Below are positions 10,862 through 20,809 of a DNA stretch of 64,000 nucleotides, one piece after another. The DNA is taken from positions 2,232,001-2,296,000 of the forward strand of contig OZ251233.1 in NCBI GenBank assembly GCA_965240325.2, written 5' to 3'. Source of the stretch: Rebecca billardiae RCC1528 (taxonomy: Eukaryota > Protista > Haptophyta). The notes beneath the pieces were generated by a model. That model was not told the DNA's origin, searched no databases, and worked only from the letters and a program-made list of their open reading frames with translations. Made by a program: the position numbers and the translations under genes. Within the stretch, counting starts at the first letter, position 1; every line of letters begins with the position of its first letter.

Positions 10862-13800
10862 TCACGGCGTGGGGGTTGGCACCCGGGAGCGACATGGTCC
10901 CTCGTCCTGCGTGTCCTGCTGCTCGCCGCCGCCGCGGTTGCTCTCGTCCGCTGCAGCCGGGCTCCCAGTGCCGCGGGCAGCCTGGGCAGGCTGGTGGCTG
11001 CGCTGCTGCAGCTGGGCGCCGCCAAGGGAGGTAGCCGTGAACGCTCCCTTGGCGCCGCCCTCGAGCGCGTGGCCGCTGCTGCCGTCGTAGACGGCGAGCT
11101 GCCCGGCGAGGTCGACGCGCCACGGCACGTCGGCGTCCCCTGTGGCGCGGGACGCGGCCGGCGGCGAGTCTGGCGGCGGCAGCTCGCGCTCCGCCGCCTC
11201 CACACCCGCCTCCACGGCTGGCAGCAGCGCGCGCACCTCGGCATTCACGCGCGCCGCGCCCGCGAGCTGGACGGCGTGCGTGAACGCGCGGTGCTCGGCG
11301 CTGGCTCCGTCCGTGTCGAGCGCGAGCGCGCCGCCCTGCTGCTGCCCGTCGTCGAGGCGCGCGGCGCCGCCCAAGCTGCCGCTGGACAGCGCGCGTCGCG
11401 CGTACAGCACGTGGAACGCGTCGACCGCGGCGATGGCGGCGCGCAGCTCGGCGGCGCTTTCGCCCACCACCGCGAGCGCGACGTCGGCCAGCACGCCGCC
11501 GCTCGAGCGCCACGCGAGCAGTCGGCCGACGCACGGCAGGCACTCGAGGAGCGCGGGAGAGAGGAGGATGAGCATGCGCCTCGAGCGGCACATCGCAACC
11601 ACCTCGTGCGCGAGCAGCTGCGCCCGCTCGAGGTACGGGTCCGCGCACAGCGCGTCCAGCCACACGCGCGGCCACACGCCGCGCGCCTGGTGGTGCTCGC
11701 GCGCCCAGCGGCGCAGCGCGGCCGAGCGCGCCGCCGCCCCGTCCGCCGCGCAGTGCAGCACGTAATAGTCGATGGTCTCGGGGCTGGCCACGCGCGCATC
11801 GGAGACGTCGACGCGCGAGGTGACGCTCGCGCCGAGCGCGGCGAGGGCGAGCTGCCCGCTGGTGCGCAGCAGCCCAGGCGCGCGCGCGGACGTCCGGCGC
11901 CGCCAGCGCGTGAAGCCGTCAGCGCTGCCGCCGGCCGCGGGCGCGCGCGCGCCGGCCGCTGCGCCGCCCTCCGGCTCCCAGATGCGGCGCGCGACGTCGT
12001 CGTGCAGCTCGACGGCGCGGAGCGAGCGCAGGGCCTCGGGCACGAGGCGCGCGGGCTCGAGCCGCTGCTGCGTGCCGTACCCGACCAGCGGCGCGAGCGC
12101 GCTGCCCAGCCGGTCGCTCTCGCGCGAGGCGGCCGCGCGCTCGACGAGGGCGTGCAGCCGCGTGCGCACGGGCGGCAGCAGCAGCGCGATGCCGAGCGCG
12201 AGCGTGCCCAGCGTCACGCACAGCATCAGCGGCACGAGCGCGCGCGAGCGCGGCGCGTGCGCGCCGCCGTGGCCGAGCTCGTGCGCGCAGCGCCACGAGA
12301 TCAGCGCCGCGTATGGCACGGCGGTGCTGGCGGTCATGGCGGCCGCCCAGCGCCAGAGCGCGCGCAGCCGCGCCGCCTGCGCCTCCAGCCGCGCCGAGGC
12401 GGCCGTGCGCGCCCACGCGCGCGCGAGCAGCGCGTTGCCGACGAGGATGCACGCGGCGTTGAGCATGATCCACGTCGGGCTGAGCTCGAACTGCACGCGC
12501 GGCGGGGACGCGTAGCAGAACATGAACGCGCGCCGCTCCCGCCCCAGCTGGCCCACCGCGGCGCGCAGCGAGAGCGCGAGGAACGCGAGCATGTTGCCGC
12601 CGCCCAGCAGCGCCGCGGCAGAGGTCGCGCGGCTGTGGCTCGCGATCGGCTGCAGCGCGAGCAGGCAGAGCACGAAGCCGAGCAGCATGGCGGCGGCGCC
12701 CGCGATGCCCACCGCGTGCGCGCGCTCGTACGCGGCCGTGTCGGCCGCGGACGGCCGCGCCGAGAGCGCGACTGCGCCGTACGCGGTCGTGCCGAGCGCG
12801 CTCAGCAGGATGTACGCGTGCGCGGCCGCGCGCATCGCGCACTGCAGCCGCGTGCGCGCCGCGGCGATCGAGCTCTCGAGCAGCTGGATGATCTCCGCGC
12901 TCGAGAGGACGGCCCCGCCCCCGCCCTCGCGCGCGGGCAGCACGCTGCTCGCGCGGCGGCGCGCGCTGTCCGGCGTGCAGCTGAAGCGCCGCGCGCCGTC
13001 GGGAGTCATGTTTAGGCGGCCGGCGCGGCGCGCGCCGATGGCGAGCCCCGGGCTGCCGCGGCGCAGGTTCACCGGGCTGGGGCCGACCGCGCCGCGCAGC
13101 TCTGCCCTGCCCGTCGCGGCGAACCTGCGGTTGAGCCGGGCCGACACCGGCCCGCCCACCAGCACGACATCGTGGTACACCGTGCGCAGCAGCTCGAGCA
13201 CGTGCGCGCGCTCGATCGCGTGCTCGGCGCACAGGTGCAGCGCGTGCTCGGCCGCGGGCGCGGAGGGCGGCAGCCGCGGGTCGGCGCGGCCCACGCGCGC
13301 AAAGGCGGCCGAGGGCATGCCGGGCAGCACGCTCATCAGCGCGACCACGTCGTACGGCTTGACGTACCCGTTGAGGTGCGGCATGATGTCCGCACTCGCG
13401 TCGAGTGCGTGCAGGCCGCGCGCGCAGAAGCCGTCCGCGTCCACGCCGCAGAAGGTCTCAAAGTACCACTGCTTGGTGCAGCGCGCGGGCAGCTCGCCCG
13501 CGCACAGCCGCTTCCACAGCCCCTCGAGGCCGAGGAACTGCGCGTTCGCCAGGTACGCCATCACGGGCGACTGCGTGCGCTCGGCGAACGAGCGCGCGAG
13601 CTGCATCGGCAGCAGCGGCACCGCGTGCCGCGAGACGGCCGTGAGCGGCAGCCCTCTCGCGAAGCAAAAGTCGTAACACGCGGCCGCCGCCTCGCGGTCG
13701 AACTCGTTGTTCACGCTCGTGTCCGGCACCCACCTCGCCGCGGCCTCGTCGTACTCCAGCCCCGCCTGCACGCTCACGCGCGCCACCTTGCTCAGCACGA

Positions 13801-14347
13801 GGCTCGGCACGCGCGCCACCAAGTCCGCGAGGTCGCGCAGGCTCGAGATGCACACGACGACCACCGACTGCTCGCGCGCGCTCTGCAGCACGCGCACGAG
13901 CGAGGCGTGCGCGTCGGTCTCGAGCCGAGCGTCGCGCACCTCGCCGAAGCCCTCGAGCGCGTACTCGTGCGCGACGGGCTCGTAGCGCCGCGTGCCCTCC
14001 GAGCCGATCGCCACCGGCACGGCGCGCACCTCGATCGAATCGAGCAGGCAGCGCGCCAGCCGCGCGCGGTTCCGGGCCTGCTGGCCGCCGTTCGCGACGA
14101 CGAGGCGCAGGCAGATGTCGCCGCGCTTGTGCAGCGTGCCCGCGATCAGGATCGCCTGCAGTGCCGCGCCAGGCGCGCAGGGCCGCGGGCACGCAGGCAG
14201 GGGTCAACGCTCGAATGCGGCGCGGGAGCGGCGCACTGTGCCTGCCGGTGCGACATCGGCCCGCACCTTCACGTCATCGGGGTCTGGTCCCGGATCAGTG
14301 ATCAGCACGATGTCTCGCCTGCGCGGCTCGGAGCGTTGAGCCGCCAT
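10862..14347 (-). CDS. Nucleoside-hydrolase-fold domain + ~6 TM helices + C-terminal TIR/HET-like domain (~1124 aa); intron 14156-14266
   Basis: Exon 1 MAAQRSEPRRRDIVLITDPGPDPDDVK carries the Asp-rich IU-NH motif; later VPVAIG, ISSLRDLA, SVNNEFDREAA and PYDVVA; hydrophobic helices ~12170-12830; DYYVLH...RRWAREH...PRVWLDALC...RMLILLSPALLECLPCVGRL resembles algal TIR-like domains. Confidence 0.75.
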
Positions 14348-14435
14348 GACGGGGGATTGTCCGCCGCCAGCCTCGCCGCCAGCCTCGCGTGCCGAGCCTC
14401 GTCCTGACCGCGCCTTCTCTGGAGGATTCTCGGGC

Positions 14436-15544
14436 CAAGGGAGTCAAGGGTGCCCGCGCCCCAGTGGCGCGCTCGGCGGATGTTGGGATACACCTTTTTG
14501 CCCGGCGCCCTGCGGCGGCGGCGGCGATGGCGTGCTCCGCTGGCGGGGCGAGCGCACGGGGCACGGCGCTGCGGGCGCGGATGTGCCCGCGAAGCCGGCG
14601 CGTGCGGACGGGCTGTTGCGGGAGAGCATCTGGCGCCCTCCTGCGCCGCGCGACTTGCGCCACGCCTCTTTCGCCTCGGCTCAGAGCAGCGCGCACGCAC
14701 GCGCCGCCTCAAGGCCAGCCTTGCCGCGCCGCAGCCGACCGCGCGCGCGCCGTGCGCGGCGTGGTCGGGAAGGAACGGGCGCTGCTGCCGGGCGAGATGG
14801 CGACGTCATAGGCGCACGCCATGCCGCCCCGCCACGCCTTGACGAGAGTGTCGTCGGTCCGTTTGCACGCCTTTTCGACTTGTCACAAATGGTGTGCACT
14901 GCCTCGCGGTCGTGACCGTTGTCGGGACGATCATTGAGACACAGAACAGTGCCAGACGGGCACGCGGGCTACTCTTACATGAATGTTCATCACCGCGTGG
15001 TCATGTAGAAGTGCTGGGTGCGACGCTTTCCTCGCGCTGATGCTCTTTCATCATCTTCTTCGAGCTCAGGTCTGGCTTCAGGCACGGCAAGAAATCAGCA
15101 CTCGTCAACAGCTGTGCGGATCCGTTCTCGTGCTCTTTCGCGGCGCCGCGGGGCGGCATGGCGTGCGCCCATGACGTCGCCATCTCGCCCGGCAGCAGCG
15201 CCCGTTCCTTCCCGACCACGCCGCGCACGGCGCGCGCGCGGTCGGCTGCGGCGCGGCAAGGCTGGCCTTGAGGCGGCGCGTGCGTGCGCGCTGCTCTGAG
15301 CCGAGGCGAAAGAGGCGTGGCGCAAGTCGCGCGTCGCAGGAGGGCGCCCGATACTCTCCCGCAACAGCCCGTCCGCACGCGCCGGCTTCGCGGGCACATC
15401 CGCGCCCGCAGCGCCGTGCCCCGTGCGCTCGCCCCGCCAGCGGAGCACGCCATCGCCGCCGCCGCCGCAGGGCGCCGGGCAAAAAGGTGTATCCCAACAT
15501 CCGCCGAGCGCGCCACTGGGGCGCGGGCACCCTTGACTCCCTTG
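14436..15544. mobile_element. Foldback non-autonomous DNA transposon, P-element-like (397-bp TIRs, 7-bp TSD CTCGGGC)
   Basis: 14436-14832 is the reverse complement of 15148-15544 with about 4 mismatches; ends CAAGGGAG..CTCCCTTG; ctcgggc at 14429-14435 and 15545-15551. Confidence 0.88.
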
Positions 15545-15776
15545 CTCGGGCGCCAGTGTGGGTCGCAGCCGCTGAGACTACAGATTTGTACAGTTGCGTT
15601 TACCGCTGATGAGGCCTGATATGACTTGGCGGAAATGAATTGATGATGCGACTTATTGCGACCGATTTGGCGATGTTTCCCCAAACCCGCCCCTAGTTCC
15701 CGCCAAGGACGCCTATCTATCACTCCCGAGGAAGCCAGGAATGCAAGCCTTTGTAAAGCCGACTTCTATTTTGGAG

Positions 15777-15826
15777 CAATCTCGCCTGCCTGAGCTGTGT
15801 GCGTCTCTTATTCTTAGTTAACTGTA
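15777..15826 (-). repeat. Solo right TIR of the Tc1-like MITE family
   Basis: caatctcgcctgcctgagctgtgtgcgtctcttattcttagttaactg followed by TA; one mismatch to the TIR at 15859. Confidence 0.75.
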
Positions 15827-15858
15827 CGATGGTGCCCACCCAAACCCCCCAAAAGTTA

Positions 15859-16521
15859 CAGTTTACTAAGAATAAGAGACGCACACAGCTCAGGCAGGCG
15901 AGATTGACGCCCGTAGTACACCATAGACTGGTTACAGAAATCATTTTGAAATGTACCCGCTGGCGGCGGCGGCGGTTCGCTATTAATCAACGGATTGGCG
16001 AACCGCCGCCGCCTTCAGTTGCTGTGCACCGCGGCAACGCGCCGCGAGCCGACCAAGTCGCGCGCCACACGCGCGCGGTCGTCTGGGCAAGCCTGCCTGT
16101 GCCGCCTTCAAGGTGGCGGCGCGCACATGCGTACTGCTCCAAGGCGGGAAGGAGGCGACGCGGAGGACGGCGCTCGCGGGGCAAAGCAAGGCGCACTGCC
16201 GCTTTAGTGGCCGAGCGCCGCGCATCGTCAGCGGACCGACTCCGCCGACGCCGCGCCTCACGCCGTGCGCGGCCTCAGCGCCCTCCGCAGCTGATAGTAC
16301 TCGCACCGCTCCGCTCGATGACATCCGGACCTCATAGTCATCGCGGACGCGCGGCAATCGAACCGAATAGTGCTACTAGCTGGTCATTAGCAGCATCCGG
16401 TTTACACCGCCGCCAATCCGTAATTCATTCTAAGCTGGCACATCTAGTATTGTAATGCCATCAGTTCCGATCCGATTCTCGCCTGCCTGAGCTGTGTGCG
16501 TCTCTTATTCTCAGTAAACTG
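15859..16521. mobile_element. Tc1/mariner-type MITE (CAGTTTACT ends, ~45-bp TIRs, TA TSD)
   Basis: TA|cagtttactaagaataagagacgcacacagctcaggcaggcgaga ... tctcgcctgcctgagctgtgtgcgtctcttattctcagtaaactg|TA; no transposase ORF. Confidence 0.85.
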
Positions 16522-16889
16522 TAGCTCCAACCCCAGGGCACATTCTGCTTTCGCGGCGCCGTTGGCTGGCCGCCCGCCGGTCGAGCAGGCACGCGACTCG
16601 GCGGGCGATCCGACCGGCGCCTGGCCAGCGGCGCGGCGCGGGCCAACTGCTTGCGCTCTTCTGACCGCGCTGCCGGGCGGTGTGGGCACGTGGACTGAGG
16701 ATTGGTTGCACCAAGAAGGCGTCTCCGCGCTCGCTCGCTCGCACGCGCTGGTCGTGGCCGCCAGCCGTTCGTGAGGCGGAGCAGGCACGGTTCCGATCCC
16801 GGCCAACCCGGGCGGCGGGGCCGCCGCCTGCCGCGGCCAAACTCCACAACTACGCGAAACAAAATACTGTGCCCTGGCGGGCGGGGGGG

Positions 16890-17737
16890 TCGGCGGGCCG
16901 TGCCAGTGCTGTCGCAATGTTTCCTCTGCGAGTTCGCGTCTTTCCACATTCGCTCGTGGCCGTGGGTGACGGACAGTCGGACCAGTGACACCTGAAGTTC
17001 TCTCAGGCGAGTGTACACGTCCGTGCGCATCGGCGAGGCCCACACCCACGAGGGAATGTGCAGCACGCGGGGCGGGGCGGGTAGCCCGTTGTTCCGCGCG
17101 AGCGCGGGTACGCGCTGTATGAGCCGCATCTCGACCGCGATGGTGTAATCGAGCGCCTCAGTCGCCGCCGACAAAGCCGCCAGAGTAGATCGTGTGCATG
17201 TCCTCCTTCCGCCAGCCGAGAGCGGTCGTCGCGAGGATGCTTGCCGATGTCCGCTCCGGGCATGATGGGCTCGGCGCAGGTCGCGCTGACGTCGTACAAG
17301 GCCGCCACGCTGAGTACGAGCGCGTTGACGTTCGCGCGGTCGTCGCTCTTCGCCTCGTGCGACAGGTCTGGTGCCCGCGTGCTCGGCGGCACGAGGAGCT
17401 GTTGGTTGTGCGCGCGCGTTCACAGCGACAGCGTGTGCCACTCGCGATCGAGAGGGGGCACGAGCTGCTCGAGCAGGCACACGAATCGCAGCGCATCCGT
17501 CACCGGCGTGACGCCGTCCGCCTCGTCCCGCAGCGCCTGCGCCATGGACGAGGATGGTGCGTCGATGTTGCATGCTCGACGTTTCATCTTTCTGCGGATG
17601 GCATCACGGGCTTGTCTGTGTCGCGCTGCGGCGAGGGTCGCCGACTCGCAAAGACGCGGTTGCTGCCACGGCGACAGACCCGGGAGGTGCGTCCGCTGCG
17701 CGTCGTACGCCGGTTGGCGCTGCGTTTGCGTTCGCAT
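16890..17737 (-). pseudogene. Interrupted ORF within a dispersed repeat (possible TE-derived gene remnant)
   Basis: ORFs 17420-17737 and 17003-17392 are in the same frame, separated by one TGA; 16890-17405 is homologous to 8769-9250; no recognisable domain. Confidence 0.35.
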
Positions 17738-19163
17738 TGGTCACCGTGCGACGCCATGCAGGCCGGACGTGAGCTTTCGGCTGAGGGAGGCCACCGCGCT
17801 GGCGAAGTGGCGAGCGACAGTCCGGTGCGCGCCGATTTCGGCGATCGAGTTCAGAAGGCCCGAGGGCCGAGGCCGCGCCAAATCTTGCGTCGCGTGCGAT
17901 GGCGCTTCCCGCCCGCGAGACACCTCGTGACGAGGGCCTTTCCGCACCGAACCCGACGTGCGGCGGTGGATCGCGCGAGGTGGCTGACGTGCGCAGCGCT
18001 TGATGCTATGGCCAGTGCGAGCGCTCGACGTGCAAGTCGGGCGAGGACCGCCCCAGGTCGCACGATCGTGTCGACGCGCCGAGCGTACCTTCAAACGCGT
18101 CGACTTTGGCCCCCGTTCGACCTGCACGCGAGACGACGAGGGCAGCAATCTGAAATCGCAAATCGGGCGAAAACACCCTCGGGAGTCCGCGCGCGATGTC
18201 CGCGCCGGCGTTGGATCTGGCGCGCGCCGCCCGCGGGCTCCGCGCCATCCGGTCACTCTTTTTCGGCCGAGCGTCCCCAGTGGTCTACTGTACTGTCCTC
18301 GTGGCCACCATCCGCAATGGAGTGTGACCCGCCCGCCGCTGACCAGGCGATGGGCGTGCCGGCGGGGGAGGGTTCGACGATGGCGCGCGCAGTGGTGGAC
18401 GAGACGGCGAGACTCGTCGACCGCGTGCGCGCCCGCGTCGACCCGGTCTGCAGCTTCACCGTGGATGTGTGGGTCACCGGCGACGGTGGCTGGCGCGCCA
18501 AGGTGTTCGTGTCGGGCAACTCCCCTGGGGTCGTGGACGGTGCGCTGACCCCACAGGGCGGGGCTGGGCATCTGAACAGGAGCCGTGGCCCCACCCCCAG
18601 CGCACCGGCCCGCGGGCCGGTCCCACCTCGCAAGGGGGGGGCAACCACTTCAGCCGCCGTGCTGTCGGTCGTCCCCGCAAAGTATGCGCGCGCTGAGCGC
18701 AATCCGAGGCGCGCATCCCAGGAAGGCGTGAGCCAGGTCACAGTACGGTCGTAGCCGCGCGTCATGGTGCCCATCGGCTTCACGCGCATGCGTGCCTCTC
18801 CGCTATCTCGGCAGGCAAGGCGCCCATGGCCATGTCTCTGGCTGAATGCGGCGGCGGCGCAAGCTCGCGCTCGCGTGGGCCTCAAGCTGACCTTCGAGGT
18901 GCGAGGGCGCAAAGCGCCGCGCCACGCGCAAGCTACAGTAGTTCACGGCCTCGTTACCGCCCCGCTGCGTCCCATCGGAAGCTCTACTGGACATCGCGCG
19001 GCCTCGCCCTGGCGGCGGTAGGCGCGAGCGAGGTGGCGGCGGCGGCGGCGTTCTGCTGAGTCCGGGACCGGGCGCCGCCCCAGCGTGCGCCAACCGGAAA
19101 CGCGGCTGAGCCGCGTTTTGGATTGGGCTGGCAAATCCCAGGAGGTCTGGCCGTGTCTTTGTC

Positions 19164-20261
19164 ATGGCGTCGTCGCATGGACGATCCTTGGCAACCGCGC
19201 TACTCCTACTACTCGGCAGCGCGTCGGCGGGACGATCGCGGAGCCTTGTCTACGTGCACATTGGGAAGGCCGGTGGCGGGAGCGTGGACCAAGGGCTCAG
19301 GCGGCTGTGCATCAGCGGCCTCCTGGATGAGGTGATCTCCGTACACACGTGCAAAGTTTTGAAGGAAGAAATGCACACGCCCGGGAAGAAGAGTTCCTGC
19401 ACCACCGTGGAGGTCAGCGGCCCGCTCTTCGCGAGCAATCACACCGCCTGCCCCAGCTTCAACAAGACCAAGCGTAGCAGGAGTACGCCCCTCTTCTCCC
19501 GTGCCGACATGCTCGCCCGGAGGGCCCAGCATGCGCCCATCTTGCTGTGGGTCCGAGACCCAGTCGCTCGGCTCGCCTCGTGCTGGGGCAACTTTATGGC
19601 GCTCGCCGATCGACCCAACCTGTCGAAGGACACGATCGCGCACTGGGTGCACCGCGCCGAGAAGTTCGTGAACAAGACTCTCCCCGCCATCCAGCATCGC
19701 ATCCCTGGGCTCGAGCACCTGAGCGAGCTGCACGTGCGCACAGACCTCCAGAGCCTGCTGGAGGTGATCGCCGCCAGCCCCCGCGCACACGAGGCGATGC
19801 AGCAGGTCTTCGATAACGTGCCGCACGCCCGCACCGGCATCGCGCACTACATGGGCGGCACGGAGGGGCTCGAGCGCGTGCGCGCACGGCTGGCATTCGT
19901 CGGTACGACGGAGCATTTTGAGGAGAGCTGGAAAGTGATGATGCCTGCGCTCTCGCGTGTGTTTGGCTGGAGTGAACGGCACGGGCCAAGCTCCGTGCCC
20001 GCTGCGCCGTTGCTTAAGCACGTGCACGTCTCAGCGAGAGGGCACGCGCGCAGTGCGCTGTCTGCGCCCTCCGTCCGCTTTCTGCGCGACCACTTTGCGG
20101 CTGACCTCGAGTGCATCGCTCTGCTCTCAAAGTGGGAGCTGCTTCCGCGCTCGTATGCGGTCGCGGTGGGGGCGGTTACGGACGCGTCTACGACGTACAC
20201 CTACGAGGCGTCGTCCCTGCGAATGAGGCCCGACGACGCGCCCAAGGCCGACGGGCAGTAG
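19164..20261 (+). CDS. Secretory-pathway sulfotransferase family protein
   Basis: Signal peptide; PAPS-binding motifs YVHIGKAGGGSV and VRDPVARLAS; FVGTTEHFEES; F..D.E C-terminal motif. Confidence 0.8.
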   Translation: MASSHGRSLATALLLLLGSASAGRSRSLVYVHIGKAGGGSVDQGLRRLCISGLLDEVISVHTCKVLKEEMHTPGKKSSCTTVEVSGPLFASNHTACPSFNKTKRSRSTPLFSRADMLARRAQHAPILLWVRDPVARLASCWGNFMALADRPNLSKDTIAHWVHRAEKFVNKTLPAIQHRIPGLEHLSELHVRTDLQSLLEVIAASPRAHEAMQQVFDNVPHARTGIAHYMGGTEGLERVRARLAFVGTTEHFEESWKVMMPALSRVFGWSERHGPSSVPAAPLLKHVHVSARGHARSALSAPSVRFLRDHFAADLECIALLSKWELLPRSYAVAVGAVTDASTTYTYEASSLRMRPDDAPKADGQ

Positions 20262-20809
20262 CCCGACTCAACGGTGAGACCGTGTCGTGATGGCTGATGC
20301 GGTGCCTTGACTGATGCTGCTGAGCTGCTGCTGTGACTGTGTCCAATCGTGTCTCATCACTATACGGATAGACTCATCAGATAACAGTAGCAGTATCGTG
20401 ATATCATATCAGCAGCAGATGACGAGGCGGCGCGATATCCCGCCGCCGCCGGCCGATCTCCCGCCGAGCATATGTCATCAAGATGATTGTACCGCTTCAG
20501 TGATGGCCGGACTTAGTAGGGGGTTCAACCGAAGTAGCCGGAGTAGCCTCTGCTCAGAGGAGTCAGACGAGGCCGCCACTGAGAGGCCGAGACCTAGGTA
20601 CGGGCTGCCAGTGTGCGGCCGTTGCCGCTAACACGGTCTGCTGCCCGGCAGTCGAGTGCCTCCCGCCATCGATGTATATAAGATGATGGATTCACACGCG
20701 CCGGCAGCCGCAAGGGCCACGCGGCCACGCAGGCGACGCGGCACGGTCGGAGCGACGCGGACCGTTCAACACACCGTCGGGCACACAGCCATTGGTCGGT
20801 CGTGATGCG

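Noticed and set aside
18317-18754. Possible ~145-aa ORF (MECDPPAADQ...)
   Set aside because: No recognisable motif, it lies in a repeat-rich zone, and it cannot be distinguished from a chance GC-rich ORF
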